DNA from: Felis catus
Taxonomy: Eukaryota
Direction of reading: 5' to 3'
Assembly (NCBI RefSeq): GCF_018350175.1
Contig: NC_058368.1
Span: 202,494,001 to 202,558,000 of the forward strand
DNA length: 64,000 nucleotides
Shown: piece after piece, positions 11,953 through 24,194 of the stretch
Layout of the letters: each line of letters begins with the position of its first letter
Numbering within the stretch: the first letter of the stretch is position 1
Program-made: the position numbers and the translations under genes
The notes under the pieces: generated by a model
Database searches by the model: none
What the model was told of the DNA's origin: nothing
Seen by the model: only the letters and a program-made list of their open reading frames with translations

Positions 11953-13583
11953 GCACACCTCCCATTCTTTGTCACTTTCTATTTTGAAAATATGGATGCA
12001 TTATCAGGACATGTAGGGTTGTTTTTTTTTTTTTTTACATTTCAAACAAAATATTATGTAGTAGGTACAATCTTTGGGTATTATATCTAATCAAATAACT
12101 GGAACTCTATAATTTTTTTAAAGGATACTGAGGTGCCAAAATAGATATTATGAAGTCCAGGTGCCAAACATCATATGCTTTACTCATAGGAACACATTTT
12201 AGGCCCTCACTCATATCTGATTTATTTTTCATTCACACATTCTTATAACTGAAGCAATCATCTGATTTCCTGGCATTAGAAAACGCTTCGGGTTAGAAGA
12301 CAGCTGATGTTAGCTGTCCTCTCCCAGCTCCTGTTTTACAGGTGAGATACATGGGCCCTGAAGGTCAGTGGCAGAATCCACAGGAAAAGCTGCCTTCTTG
12401 GTTGTATATCCAGAGCTCTTACATGAGCTGCTTGCTGATTTGGGATTGAATTCTGGCATCCGAGGTTCTAGCAAAGCTATTCCTAATGGGAAAAGGCTGC
12501 TGAGATTACCTATCCACAGTGGGACAGAATACTTCATTAGATCTTTTTGCTGTTGTTCAAAACCATAAAAGAAAATCTTAGTAAGACAAGTGAAACAACA
12601 TAGAGATCTGTGACAAGGGCCAGACATGCCCAGCTACCACCCCAGGTGGACTAATCAGTGTGAATCCTCACCAACTCTCTAATTTGCAGAAGCATTGTCC
12701 ATTTTCAGTCTTGTCTGATAATTGGCTAGAGATTAGAAAACCATAAAAAGGGAAAAAGTTTTTTTCTGTCCAGCCCTGTATCCATCTCTCATGCTCTTTA
12801 TTATTTCAGTCTTATTTACCTAACAACAGGAGAGAAGTTATATACTTCAGCTTCACTTTTTAGATGTTTTCCATCCTGTTTGCTTGTGTTCTCTGTTTAT
12901 AGGCACAGGTTTGGTCTATTTAAAGTAGGTTTAAATACCATTTTCCAGGAAGTGTTTTCTAACTTCTCTAACCCACAAAGCTCTCTTTTTTGGAGTCCTC
13001 AATAATACCCACTGGCTGGAATGCTCATTTGACATTCATCTAGGGTGGTGTGTGCCTTTTTTCTTAAATGGATTGCAAATCTCTTAGCAGCAAGGGGTTT
13101 GTTCAATATCTCTATGAGTTTGCTATTTCTTAGGTCAGGAACCACCAACAAAGTGCATTTCTGTCTCCTCCAGCTGTTTCCGGTCTGATAGCTTCAAAGT
13201 GAGATGCTGTTAGGACCTCTCCTTCCAGGGGAGCTTGCCTGTAGGTTTCTGGCAGGGCCTTCTAATGGGTGGTATCATTCTTCATATCATTTTACATGGA
13301 AAAGAACATTTTCATGGGCTCTGCAGTTCTTACAGCTACTAAAACATTCATCACAAGTGAGAATTCCAGTGACCCTATATTATTTATTAAAAACTGGAAA
13401 CATAAAAGGACTTTAAGAATGTGGTTAATTTAATACATTGTGATCTAGAGTAAATGGAATTTCTGGAAAAAAGAGAATGGGGATTTCTGGAGAGAAGAGG
13501 GAGAGAGTAGGAAACATTTTTATTAATCAAAATTTTTTGCCCAGAACGCACCTGTTTCTTGTTGCTGTTTAGATGATATTAAG

Positions 13584-13595
13584 ACACACACATAC

Positions 13596-13639
<44 letters not shown>
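13584..13639. repeat. (CA)n microsatellite
   Basis: Direct reading. Confidence 0.95.
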
Positions 13640-13643
<4 letters not shown>

Positions 13644-14270
13644 ACCTGCACACATACTCAAGGCAGGGGAGGGGAGAGAAAGAAAGGGAGAGAGAGAGTG
13701 CACAATGGGAAACTGTGCCTTAAACTATACCTACTTTTATAGAGCACATCAAAGTATTTAGTTCATATGTCCTTCTTACAGAATGACATGGCTGCAAATC
13801 GAAACATATTACACTACTTAGCCTTCCCAGCTTGATGATGCTTCTCCTCTTTATCCTCCTGGAGCCAGTAGGTGCTAAGTGGTCAGCAGGCCTGGACAAA
13901 TAGTAACGATCCAGTTTTCATTTCTTACAAGCTCATTGTCTCTGTGCAACCTTAGTGAGAGAAAGAAGAAAGTTTCATGTTAAGATCTGCAGTAAATTCA
14001 GTCCCACAGTTGTTTCAATGAAATAGTCCAGAAAAATTTTTAAAAATGCTTTAAAAAATAGAAAATAATACTGTGTAAGCTACCAACAGAGGCTACTTAC
14101 CCAGTGACACAGCCACTTAACCTCATTGGCATCCATCACGTGAGTCTAAAATATTACAGAATTTTTTTTCCCAACAGTGATAAAAAACAACTCATTGTCT
14201 ATGCTTTTTGTAAGAACTATCAGCTATGGGAGTAACATAAAACTGTTCTAAGCCCCAAACATATAGTGAT

Positions 14271-14469
14271 TTTTGTTTTTTGAGAGAGAGAGAGAGTGCA
14301 TGCCAGGAGCAAGTGGGGAAGAGGGAGAGGGAAAAAGAGAATCTCTTTCAGGCTCCATGCCCAATACAGAGCCCTACGAGGGCTCAATCTCAAAATCCTG
14401 AGATCATGACCTGAGCCAAAATCAAGAGTCAGACATTTTGCTTAACTGAATGAGCCACTCAGGTGCTCC
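14271..14469 (-). mobile_element. Older Can-SINE (carnivore-wide type)
   Basis: 'gagatcatgacctgagccaaaatcaagagtc...gagccactcaggtgctcc'. The 'aaatcaagagtc' segment is typical of older subfamilies. Confidence 0.9.
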
Positions 14470-14517
14470 ATGATTTTTTTTTTTAATGGAACCTCAGCAG
14501 TTTTTATCTGAACTTAA

Positions 14518-14723
14518 TTTTTTTTTTAGTTTATTTTTTGAGAGAGAGAAACAGAGCATGAGCAGGGGAGGGGCAGAGAGAGAGGGAGACACAGAATCTG
14601 AAGCAGGCTCCAGACTCTGAGCTGTCAGCACAGAGCCCAGCACGAGGCTCTGATTCATGAGCAGTGAGACAGTGACCTGAGCCGAAGTTGTATGCTCAAC
14701 TGACTGAGCCACCCAGGCACCCC
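14518..14723 (-). mobile_element. Can-SINE (SINEC_Fc)
   Basis: 'gggcagagagagagggagacacagaatctgaagcaggctcc...gagccacccaggcacccc'; short degenerate TSD ctg(a/t)actt. Confidence 0.95.
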
Positions 14724-15380
14724 TGTACTTTTAAGATAAACAAATAATTAACAGCTCAGTAAATACAAGTACTGTTTGCTTTGAATGAATTTTAAAACCC
14801 ATTCTTTTCTAGCTCTTTCCGGTCTCACTTTAGATCGTCTTCTAATCTTGTTTTGTATGATGCAACAGTTCTGGAGCTATTCTGATTAATTTTATCCAGT
14901 TGGCAACTTTCCCTTTAGCATTTAATTCTAATGCAAATTATGGACTCTCTTCCATGAAAATATATGCATAGTATAACACTGAACTGTGCACCCAATTTCC
15001 TAAGAGTCACGGGTGACCTGAACCCCCCGTGGAGGTCCTTGTTTATAAACTGTCACTAAATGGCAGTTTGACAAGGGGAAACCACAGCTTCACCCAGCTG
15101 GTCCATGTTCTGAAAAGGCAGCAGCTGGAGTTTTGCGATTTACCACTTACGTGTTTCATACCTGTCTCCATGTGTACTGTTGACCCGTGCATGTTTATGT
15201 ACATAAACTATTTATTCCTTGACAGTCATATTTGGCCAGCTGAATTTCCCTTGAATGGAGTGTCAGATTATATGAGTTATTCATAGATTGTAGCCTTTGT
15301 GCAAGGCATTGCCACTATGTATATTTACTGTGATGTGGTCATTTAAAATAGCTCATATTTTTTGATATGGCAATTTAGGA

Positions 15381-15632
15381 TAGCTAATATTTTTGACCGC
15401 CTACTATAGGCGAGGCCATGTTTATGCCCTGCTTTATTTAATCCTTTGTAACTTCAGTGAGGCCAATACCATTATTATCCACAAGACACCAAGACACAGA
15501 ATGCCTTTTGCTTGTTTGGATATTGCATAAATGTTTCTTGTAAGCTCAAATAAAAACTTGAAAGTCATATATCTAATTAAGTGGCAGGGCCAGAATAAGA
15601 TGCTGGACTAGAGGATTTCAAAGTTTATGCTC
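15381..15632 (-). mobile_element. MIR SINE, diverged
   Basis: 'agctaatatttttgaccgcctactat', 'atttaatcct', 'attattatcc' and 'aagtggcagggccag' match reverse MIR. Confidence 0.5.
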
Positions 15633-16442
15633 GTTTTACAAAGTTCTACCTCAAATATATCTTGAGACTTACACAGTGATTTGTTGGGATTTGAAGATGA
15701 AGTAATCAAGAGATAAACATATCAACGAAATTAGAGGAAAGAAATCTCCACAGGGTTTCTGTGCATTTATTTCTTTACTTACACATTGCTTTGACTACCC
15801 TGAGAGCTCCCAACTCTGGTAAGAATCAGAGTGCAATGACCACGTTTAGTAAGACACTCCCAAGGGCTGAATGTCTTCTTGTGCATGACTGGTCCTGGCA
15901 GCTTGGATGTTAGAAGGCTTCTGGCATTTACTTGTTGAAAGTTTGGATGTACCTGCATTTCAATGCCTATTGATCTCCTTTACTTGAAAAAAAATATCCT
16001 TCTTTGTTTCTCTATTACCTGTTTTATCATTTGCATTTCTCTCCATGAGTAAACTTATTCCACATCCATACCTTCCCATGACAGAGACTCCCCGCATGTG
16101 TATTTGACTTACAGTTCTGCCATGGGCTCCAATTCCAGATCACTCTTAGATGTTTTAACTCAGGCATTCTACAGGTTAGAATTTCCAAGTAACTTCCCTC
16201 CTTGTGGCTGATTAATTCTATTCTCTGTACCCACACTGATGTAACGTCTGTCCTTTCGTTATAACCCAAGTAACAGAAGGTGGCCTAGGGAGGTTATTTG
16301 GGAATGAGAGAGAGAGAGAGAATTTGGTTACTGCAAAGATGCATCACTAATATGTAGTTGGACTGAAGAGCTGGGTGCTGTGCCAGAGTTGTACTTTAGA
16401 GAACAGAGAATCTATGTGTGGGACATGTGTCTATTTATATTT

Positions 16443-16444
<2 letters not shown>

Positions 16445-16482
<38 letters not shown>

Positions 16483-16505
16483 TTATCTATCATCTATGTA
16501 TCTAT
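16445..16505. repeat. (TATC)n tetranucleotide microsatellite
   Basis: Direct reading. Confidence 0.95.
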
Positions 16506-17502
16506 TTTTTTCCCTTCCTTCCACCTTTCCACCCTCCCACACTCCCTTCTTTCTTTCTCTAGAAGACTCCTTTGACGTTTAATCACCTAAAAGTCAGGTA
16601 ATGTTACAGCTAGACTTTGCCTTAGCAATCATTCAATCTAATGGTTTTACTTTCAGTTCAGAAAAGTAACCATCCGGGAAAGTTAGACAACACCTTGAGC
16701 TGGGACTACTTTCCTGGTATTCAGCAGACAAGTTGGGAGCACCTCAGTGGTCTGCTTGCACTACAATTTCCATGATCTGTGACTGATTCAGCAAAACCGA
16801 TGCCTCTTCTTTCATCTCAGAGAAAGGATGCCAGAGACAGCAATTTATCTGAATTTAAAATAGCAGAATCATTATATTGTGATACTTTGACGCAGTCTTG
16901 GCCATCTGAAAGCAAAGAAGATGCACCATCATCAAACCACAGAGAGAACACCTTTTTCCTCAGTGCTGGAGCTCAGAGGCACCTGGGGAGGGCGGCACGA
17001 TAGTACTTTCATTTCACTAAAGGAAACCATTTAGTAAATTGCCACTGAATACTCTTAAGAGGCCCTTAAGAAGTCTGCAAGTGTTAAAGTAACTCCCAAA
17101 GTGTCTGGCCCAGGCTCAGGGAAGAAGAACATACTCTAAACTTGGGGAAAATTAGAGAATAATAATAACAAAAATAGCTTTCCTTTTGTAGCCACTTAGA
17201 AAGCCCAGCATATATTTCTTTTACTCATCTGCATTTTCATGTTGGCAGCAGCAAGGTTAAATGAGGTTTTCTTGCCTGTCTGTTAAACTTGTGGGTATTC
17301 CCACTGGAACTCTGCCCAGGTGTTACAGAGATTTACCAGCCTTACTGTCTTGCTAAATATGGCTCACCGTCAGGGGTAAGTAAGGTTGCAATGAGAAAAA
17401 TTGAACTTGTAGTTTGCTAATATGAATGCAGTATTCTGTGTGCCATGGGTCATATACATATGTTGTGCGTGTCTGTGCCTTTGTCAGTCTGGCTGCCTCT
17501 AG

Positions 17503-17506
<4 letters not shown>

Positions 17507-17546
<40 letters not shown>
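17507..17546. repeat. (GT)20 microsatellite
   Basis: Direct reading. Confidence 0.95.
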
Positions 17547-17549
<3 letters not shown>

Positions 17550-19199
17550 GGTCTATAAGGAATAATAAAATCATTCTTTTGAAACGAAGAAAAGGTGTGT
17601 CTAGAATAAGTATATGAGAAATATTTCTGTTTGGGGATCCAAAAGATTTGAGGGAAAAATCTGGTATTTTCAAATTAGTTTTCTTTTCTGAAAATTAAAC
17701 AATTAGTGATTTTATTAAACAATATTTTTTAAATAAGAGCATAATGATATATTAAGGCATATTTATTTCTTGAAATTTCCAAAATTGAAATAGTTTGAAA
17801 CATGATATATTTTAAAAAGAAGTAACCAGAATTTTCTGACAATGCCTTAGTGAAGGTATCTAGAGAAACAAGAAGATAACTTCTTATTTCTAAATCCTCA
17901 GTAGTTCTCCTCTTGCACTTAGATTGCAATAGACATTACCTAGGATGGTTTATATGGTCTTGTTCTATGACTTTGTTTATGCAAACAGATCCCTCTAAAG
18001 CATTCAAGTATTTGATTGCTTTAATTTGTATAGTTATATTAAAACAATTCACATTTCTATAAACACATTCCTATGTATTGAGTGAAGTACAAAAAAATAA
18101 AAATCAATTCAAGAAAAAAAGCCCATTCCAGGAAAGTTCCTAAACAAAAGCAGTATTTTTTATTTAAAACACATGCTATAATGAAATAAAATTCTGTTGA
18201 AGCCATTGAAATGTGTCAATAGAAGAATACACAGATAATTGAAAATCAACAACTAATAGGAATTCTCTATTATTTATTTTCTTCCTCTAAGATATTTTGG
18301 CTCTAATGAAGAATGAAAGGTTATGCTAATATCTGAGGTCAAATAATGAACTCCAATTGATGTTTCATGGTCCGTCCCGTCTGAAATATCTTTAATCATC
18401 TTATATTTACCCTTAAGGATTCCTTTATTCTCAGTTTATTTTCCTTACAAATCCTAAACACTCAAAGATTTTCAATACTTAATAAACATTTGAGAATGTG
18501 TTCGCAGTATATACTATTTTACTTAATATGGTCGGAAATTTTGCTAATATGTTCATGGAACATGAACATATAAACAAAGCAACGTGAAAAAAAATCGAAA
18601 TTGATGATCAGTAAACCAGCAATTTTATTAGTCAGAATCTACCTGAAACTACAGAAACTACACCAGTGTTTAGAATCTTAGAGTCTGAAAAGGTACACAA
18701 GGAAAATAACTTTCCTTCCTTTAAACAAGACAACGGAAGGAGAAAAAATATCTACAAATGGAATAATTTTCATCCAATTGCTGTCTTCTCGCTGATGATA
18801 GGTTAACACTATTTTCTAGGAGTAGATAGGCAGTGTCAAGAGTAAAGGACAAAGAAGATGCAGTGTCTCAAAGGTGTGCCCAGTATACCCATGAGCCTGC
18901 AAATGTATAGATTATGAAGTTGTTCTGTTTACACAATTTGTCTAAATCATATGTCAATTTATATTTTATAGAGCTTCACTGTTAAGTGATTTTTTTCTTC
19001 TAATGACCTGTTGACACTTGGAACCATTGGGTAAATAAGAATTATTAACTGGAATGCTGGAATCTGAGGAAATATTACTACTGGCCGTAAAAACACATAT
19101 TCCCATTCACACATATAGGACTCTCCAGAAAGCACACACAGAATAGATAGAACCTCATTCTTTTAGAGCTTATGACCTCATGTTCTACTACCTCATCCT

Positions 19200-19612
19200 T
19201 GTCAACCTGAATAAGGGGGTAAACTGAGGCAAGCTCAAATTGTCAGAAATTGAGTTTATTTGGGAATAGCAGAGGGATTGCAAACTACAGGCTGGTCTCT
19301 TGGCGGCTTGGGATGGGTTGTGTTTATGGGCAAGGGGTGCTCAAGAGGGGGAAGTCTAACCAGAGGCTAAGCAAGAAGTTCATTGACTTGTGGATGGAGA
19401 GAGATTATTGAGGGAGGTCTGTTGGTTAAGAGAGAAGTCTCCGTCTTCTGTAAAGTGGACATTTATGGAAATCAGTTTCTCTGTTCTTAAGGTCAATTCT
19501 TCTGAGGGCGCGTGTATGAAATTCTCATCTCATGTCCTTCAGTTTTATTTTAGATTGAGATCCTTTCCCATCCTCATTCTACTTGGGATCGTAGGTCATC
19601 GTTTTGTCCACA
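19200..19612 (-). mobile_element. Probable ERV1-class solo LTR, family not assigned
   Basis: TG...CA termini ('tgtcaacc' ... 'gtccaca'), minus-strand AATAAA (tttatt 19256-19261), and 'aactgaggcaa...gagtttatttggg' resembling the U5/R of MER4-group LTRs. No clear TSD. Confidence 0.55.
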
Positions 19613-20143
19613 GCTGGCCAACATTTAGATGTGCCAGTGTCTGTACTTCTTTCATAACCATGACTTCAACACCATGTCATTGCTCCACACCTGTGGCCAT
19701 TTGTCACCCCCCAAATGCCTCCCTGCATTGATCAGTTCAAAAGTAGTGATCTATACCAATAGAGGATTATATATTTTTCATGTGTATGTATAAATATATG
19801 TATTTATATAATAGGATATCTATATCTATCTATTCCTCTCTATTTTAATTATCTATTCCTCTCAATTTTAATTAATAAACGTGGTGCTAATCTTTCTTAC
19901 AAATAGAGGCATTGGCTGTGTATGTCTAAAATCTACTGAACTGTATGGTCTTGAAGATATAATTAGCCTTTGATGGCTAGAGGAATTAAGATGCATATTT
20001 TTTTTATTCTGAAGGTGATTTTTTCAAACACAAGAATATTCTGAAAGGTTTACCAAGATATTCTGTTACAAAACAGTAAAACCGTATATGTTTAGGAGAT
20101 CAGAACAGTTTTTTTATTTATTTTCTGGTTACTGTGCTAGGCC

Positions 20144-20658
20144 TGCATGGTAGTTTTTCTTTTGCTGCTGTAACAGATTGCCACAAATTTAGTGGCTTAC
20201 AACAACCAAGATTATAGTTAAGTCAGTCAGAAATCTGGACTAAAATCAAGGCGCTGACAGACTACATTTCTTTCTGGAGGCTCTAGGGAGAATCCGTGTC
20301 TTTGTCCAGTTACGAGAGGCCACTCCCTTCCTTGGCTCTGTCTCTCTTGCATCTTCATAGGCCGCAATGGCATGTTGCATCCTTCTCACTTTGAATCACT
20401 TTGACTTGAGTGTGTAGTCACAGGTCTTTCACTGACTCTCCTCTTCTGCCTCCATCCTCTACTTTTCAAGTCCCTTATGATTATGTTGGGCCCACCTGGA
20501 TAATCCAGGATAATCCTCCCATTTTAAGGTCCGGGGTTGATTAAAAACCATAATTCTATCTAAACCTTAATTCCCCTTTACCACACAACCTAAAATATTC
20601 ACAGATCAAGGGATTCAGACATGGAAATCTTTTGGGGGCTATTATTCAACCTTCCATA
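20144..20658 (-). mobile_element. MaLR solo LTR (MLT1D-like)
   Basis: 'gctgctgtaacagattgccacaaatttagtggctt', 'tgggcccacctggataatccaggataatc' and 'ccttaattcccctt'. Confidence 0.9.
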
Positions 20659-21680
20659 GCTTCTTGTATGAATTAAATCCTTGAAGCGGTCAGCAGGATT
20701 GTGGCTCTAAATTGGATATGCCAGTCTATACCCTTCGAGTAACATTCCAGAGAAACGTGGTCAAAAGGATATTTACACCTTTGAAACTGCTAGCATATTT
20801 ACAATTTAGCTCTACAAATGAGTTAAACTGCCAACCTATAGAGGTACATTATCTCTTATAAATTAATCCTTTACCACAGTGAGAAATCGTCTGACTTATT
20901 CTACTCCATGATTGCAGTGTTTAAAAAACAAAAACAAAATGCAAAAAAATTGGCATGTTTTCTTTCCTTCCTCTATTTTCTACAGATATGTAACTCAAAT
21001 ATTTGAATTTATCATTCAAGGTGATATGTGATATACCCTCCCTCCCTCCAAAATATGAAAATATTTTGTTTTTCTTTCTGTATCTAGTCTCGAAGCCTTG
21101 GGTTGTAATGTTAATAATTAAAAACTCAATTATAAGTCAGAACACATTTAACTTATTTTTCTATGTGTGCTCATTTGCTTCCATTGAGTTCTGTCCACAG
21201 CTGAATTCTCCCCTTGATAATTTCACTCTTTGTTATTTTTGTTGCAAGATTTTGAGGGGCCATGGTAGATGTTTGAGGGGACAGAAACATAATCGAAAGG
21301 AGAAGGGGAAGGAACTTACTTCCTGGGTGTCCCTTGAGGCAGGATGGGGCCCACCTTAAGAGGTAGACCAAGAACTTGATTATGACTGTAGAAAACTATG
21401 ACTTTGTACCCCACAGCTTGGTATAGAGGAAAAAATATTGCCCAAATTAGCTGTTAGGAGTTTCTTTGACCATTAGTGACATTGCCTTTTTGTTTTTCAT
21501 TTGTCAAGTTTGAGGATTGCACTAAATTTTTTGAAAAAGTTAGAGTCTCAAGATCAATGACTTCATGTCTTAATCTCAATTTATTCAGTACTTCTGTGTA
21601 TATTTAATTATTAGACAAGCTTTTACAAACACACTTATATGTAGATGCAAATAGTAGTTTGGTTTAAAAACATCCCTTTT

Positions 21681-21892
21681 TTTTTTCAACGTTTTTTATT
21701 TATTTTTGGGACAGAGAGAGACAGAGCATGAACAGGGGAGGGGCAGAGAGAGAGGGAGACACAGAATCGGAAACAGGCTCCAGGCTCGGAGCCATCAGCC
21801 CAGAGCCTGACGCGGGGCTCGAACTCACGGACCGCGAGATCGTGACCTGGCTGAAGTCGGACGCCTAACCGACTGCGCCACCCAGGCGCCCC
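21681..21892 (-). mobile_element. Young feline Can-SINE (SINEC_Fc1-like)
   Basis: Near-consensus with 15 CpGs retained and intact A and B boxes. Perfect 16-bp TSD taaaaacatccctttt at 21665-21680 and 21893-21908. Confidence 0.98.
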
Positions 21893-22131
21893 TAAAAACA
21901 TCCCTTTTGATATGACGACTACTTGAGGAAATTTGAAGTAAAGAAATAACAGTGATAACATCTGCAAAAGATTAGTTACACATTCGCATTAGTTCCCATC
22001 GTGTGAGTGAACAATAGATTATAGTGAATGGGTAACTCAGATGTCGCTTTTGATTTACTCCATTATTTTTGTTTTATGTATCTTTCCTTCCATCTCAGAC
22101 TAATGAAAATATCTCGCTTTTTTCTAGAGAA

Positions 22132-22347
22132 AAACTGCCTGGTTTGAATCACAGCCCTCTCATTTTAGCTGTGTGGCTTTGGCACAGGTAGTGTTTCTCT
22201 GTGCCTCATAGTCTCATCTGTAAAATGGGGGTATTAATAGTATGTATCCCATAGAGTGTTCTGAGAACTAAGTAGGTTGGTACACGCAAAACACTTAGAA
22301 CAGTGCTGGGAAAAGTAAACACTCAGTACTGATGAGCTGTTATGATT
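22132..22347 (+). mobile_element. MIR SINE
   Basis: 'actgcctggtttgaatc', 'tctctgtgcctca', 'ctcatctgtaaaatggggg' and 'cacttagaacagtgctgg'. Confidence 0.85.
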
Positions 22348-23971
22348 CAGGAGTCATGCAGTCACCAAAACTGGATTAGAGACAGTGTGTGACACTGTAG
22401 AAACTGTGACACCACCTCCCACTCTTATCTACCGCTTCCTAGAAACACTGGAATCAAGTTGCAAACACACTGGAGAGGGATTGACAAGGTGCATTTTCTT
22501 CTTCTTTGTTCTGTCTGTGGCAACAGGAAAGGGACAATTTGTGCTGCATGATAGGTCAAAAGTCTTCAGAGATTTTACTGTCAAGCCTGAATCTAAAGTC
22601 AGTTTATATTCATTGCCAAGGAGAAACTACCTAATCACTGCCTGGAATGTGCTCCCAGCCTGGTACTGACATCTCTGACAGGCTCCTGGGAGACTCGTAT
22701 GATGGGCTTTTTACCTTACTAATTTGGGCCTCTCTTAGAGCCTGCCTAGCCCATGTGGCTTCTCAGGACCCAATGGTGGGTCATTCAGAAGGAGAAACAG
22801 GGGAAAACATTTGCAGTGAAAGCATCTAAATCTTCCCTTGCCACGCTTGTGAGAGAAAAACCCTTCTTTGTAGGGATTTAAGTCAGCTTACCTCCTCTGT
22901 AACCAATCGATGTATGAAGTTTGTACAATGTTTTTGAGCCTCCTCAATTCAATGAGTTACAGGCATATGTTCAAATACCAGGAGGAAGAGATGGTGTATA
23001 AACGTGCAGCTACCCTCCTTCCAACCAACCTGATCTTTGGTTAATGTGCCTTCAAGAATTCCTAACATTTAATGTCGATCCAGACAATGATAATTGTTTT
23101 CTTAATTTTTATTTTTTAGGTTTTTTTCTTCCTTCAAATTTATTTATTTATAATAATATAACTAGAATGTTATGGTAATTATATTTTAAATGATTTTTTT
23201 CTTTATATGAAGATTTGCTATTTGAGAACTAGAGGCAAAATCTTTTGGTAAAATTGTGAATTATTTATTAAATAATTACTGTAATATACCTCTGCCAGGC
23301 CTATAATTATGTATTTCCTACATTCTTATGTGCATAGCTTTTGAATTATAAGATGTTCTGCAAATTGAATACATGACAATGTACAAAACTAGTTTTATGC
23401 ACATTTAACTGGATACAACATGACATAGCATAGCTAATTAGCCATCTTGACATATTTAAGTCATACCTAACCACCAAGCCCAGCACAGATGTCATCTTTA
23501 TTAAGCTTTCTGCATTACCCTGGGCAGAAGAATTTCATCTTCCTCTGACCTCTAATGATTTCTGCATATACCATTCATGTTGTATAATTTCCATGTGTTT
23601 TTTCCATATATCATATTGTAATAACATTGAAAGAAGAATAATTTTATTCCTTTTATTTATCTTTCACAATACTCTGTATTCAGAAATTAATAATATTTTT
23701 CACTTAAGTATCTTTGTAGTGAGAATAATGGTCAGTAAACAGCTTATCGATGGCCCAGCCCAACCACAATAAAGGTGTAGATTCAGGGAGAGAATATTGT
23801 AGATGAGGGGAGTGTAAGTCATTCATTTGGTATGAAGACATGTAAAAACATGATTTGTAATATTAAAAATATTTTAACTTTAAGTAGAAGAATAAAAGCC
23901 TGAGCATGTTTCTTGAGGGTCACACAGGGGAAGGATTAGGTTTAGGACGATTCAAGAATCTGGAAGATGGA

Positions 23972-24194
23972 GGGGACCCTTGGGTGGCTTAGTTGGTTAA
24001 GCATCCGGCTTTGCCTCGGGACATGATCTCGCGGTTTGTGAGTTCAAGCCCCATGTCGGGCTTTGTGCTGACAGCTCAGAGCTTGGAACCTGCTTCAGAC
24101 TCTGTGTCTCCCTCTTTCTCTGCTCCTCCCTTGCTCACACTGTCTCTCTCTCTGTCTCTCAAAAATAAATAAACGTTAAAAGAATTTTTTTAAA
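23972..24194 (+). mobile_element. Can-SINE (SINEC_Fc)
   Basis: Full-length; perfect 15-bp TSD aatctggaagatgga at 23957-23971 and 24195-24209. Confidence 0.95.

Noticed and set aside
19390..19731. 113-aa ORF
   Set aside because: Non-ATG start, mostly inside a probable LTR, and no recognisable domain.
21003..21359. 118-aa ORF, the longest in the window
   Set aside because: TTG start, AT-rich low-information composition, no recognisable homology or splice context; a length expected by chance in 64 kb.
21760..21892. CpG-rich patch as a possible CpG island or promoter
   Set aside because: It is entirely explained by the young SINE and is too short.
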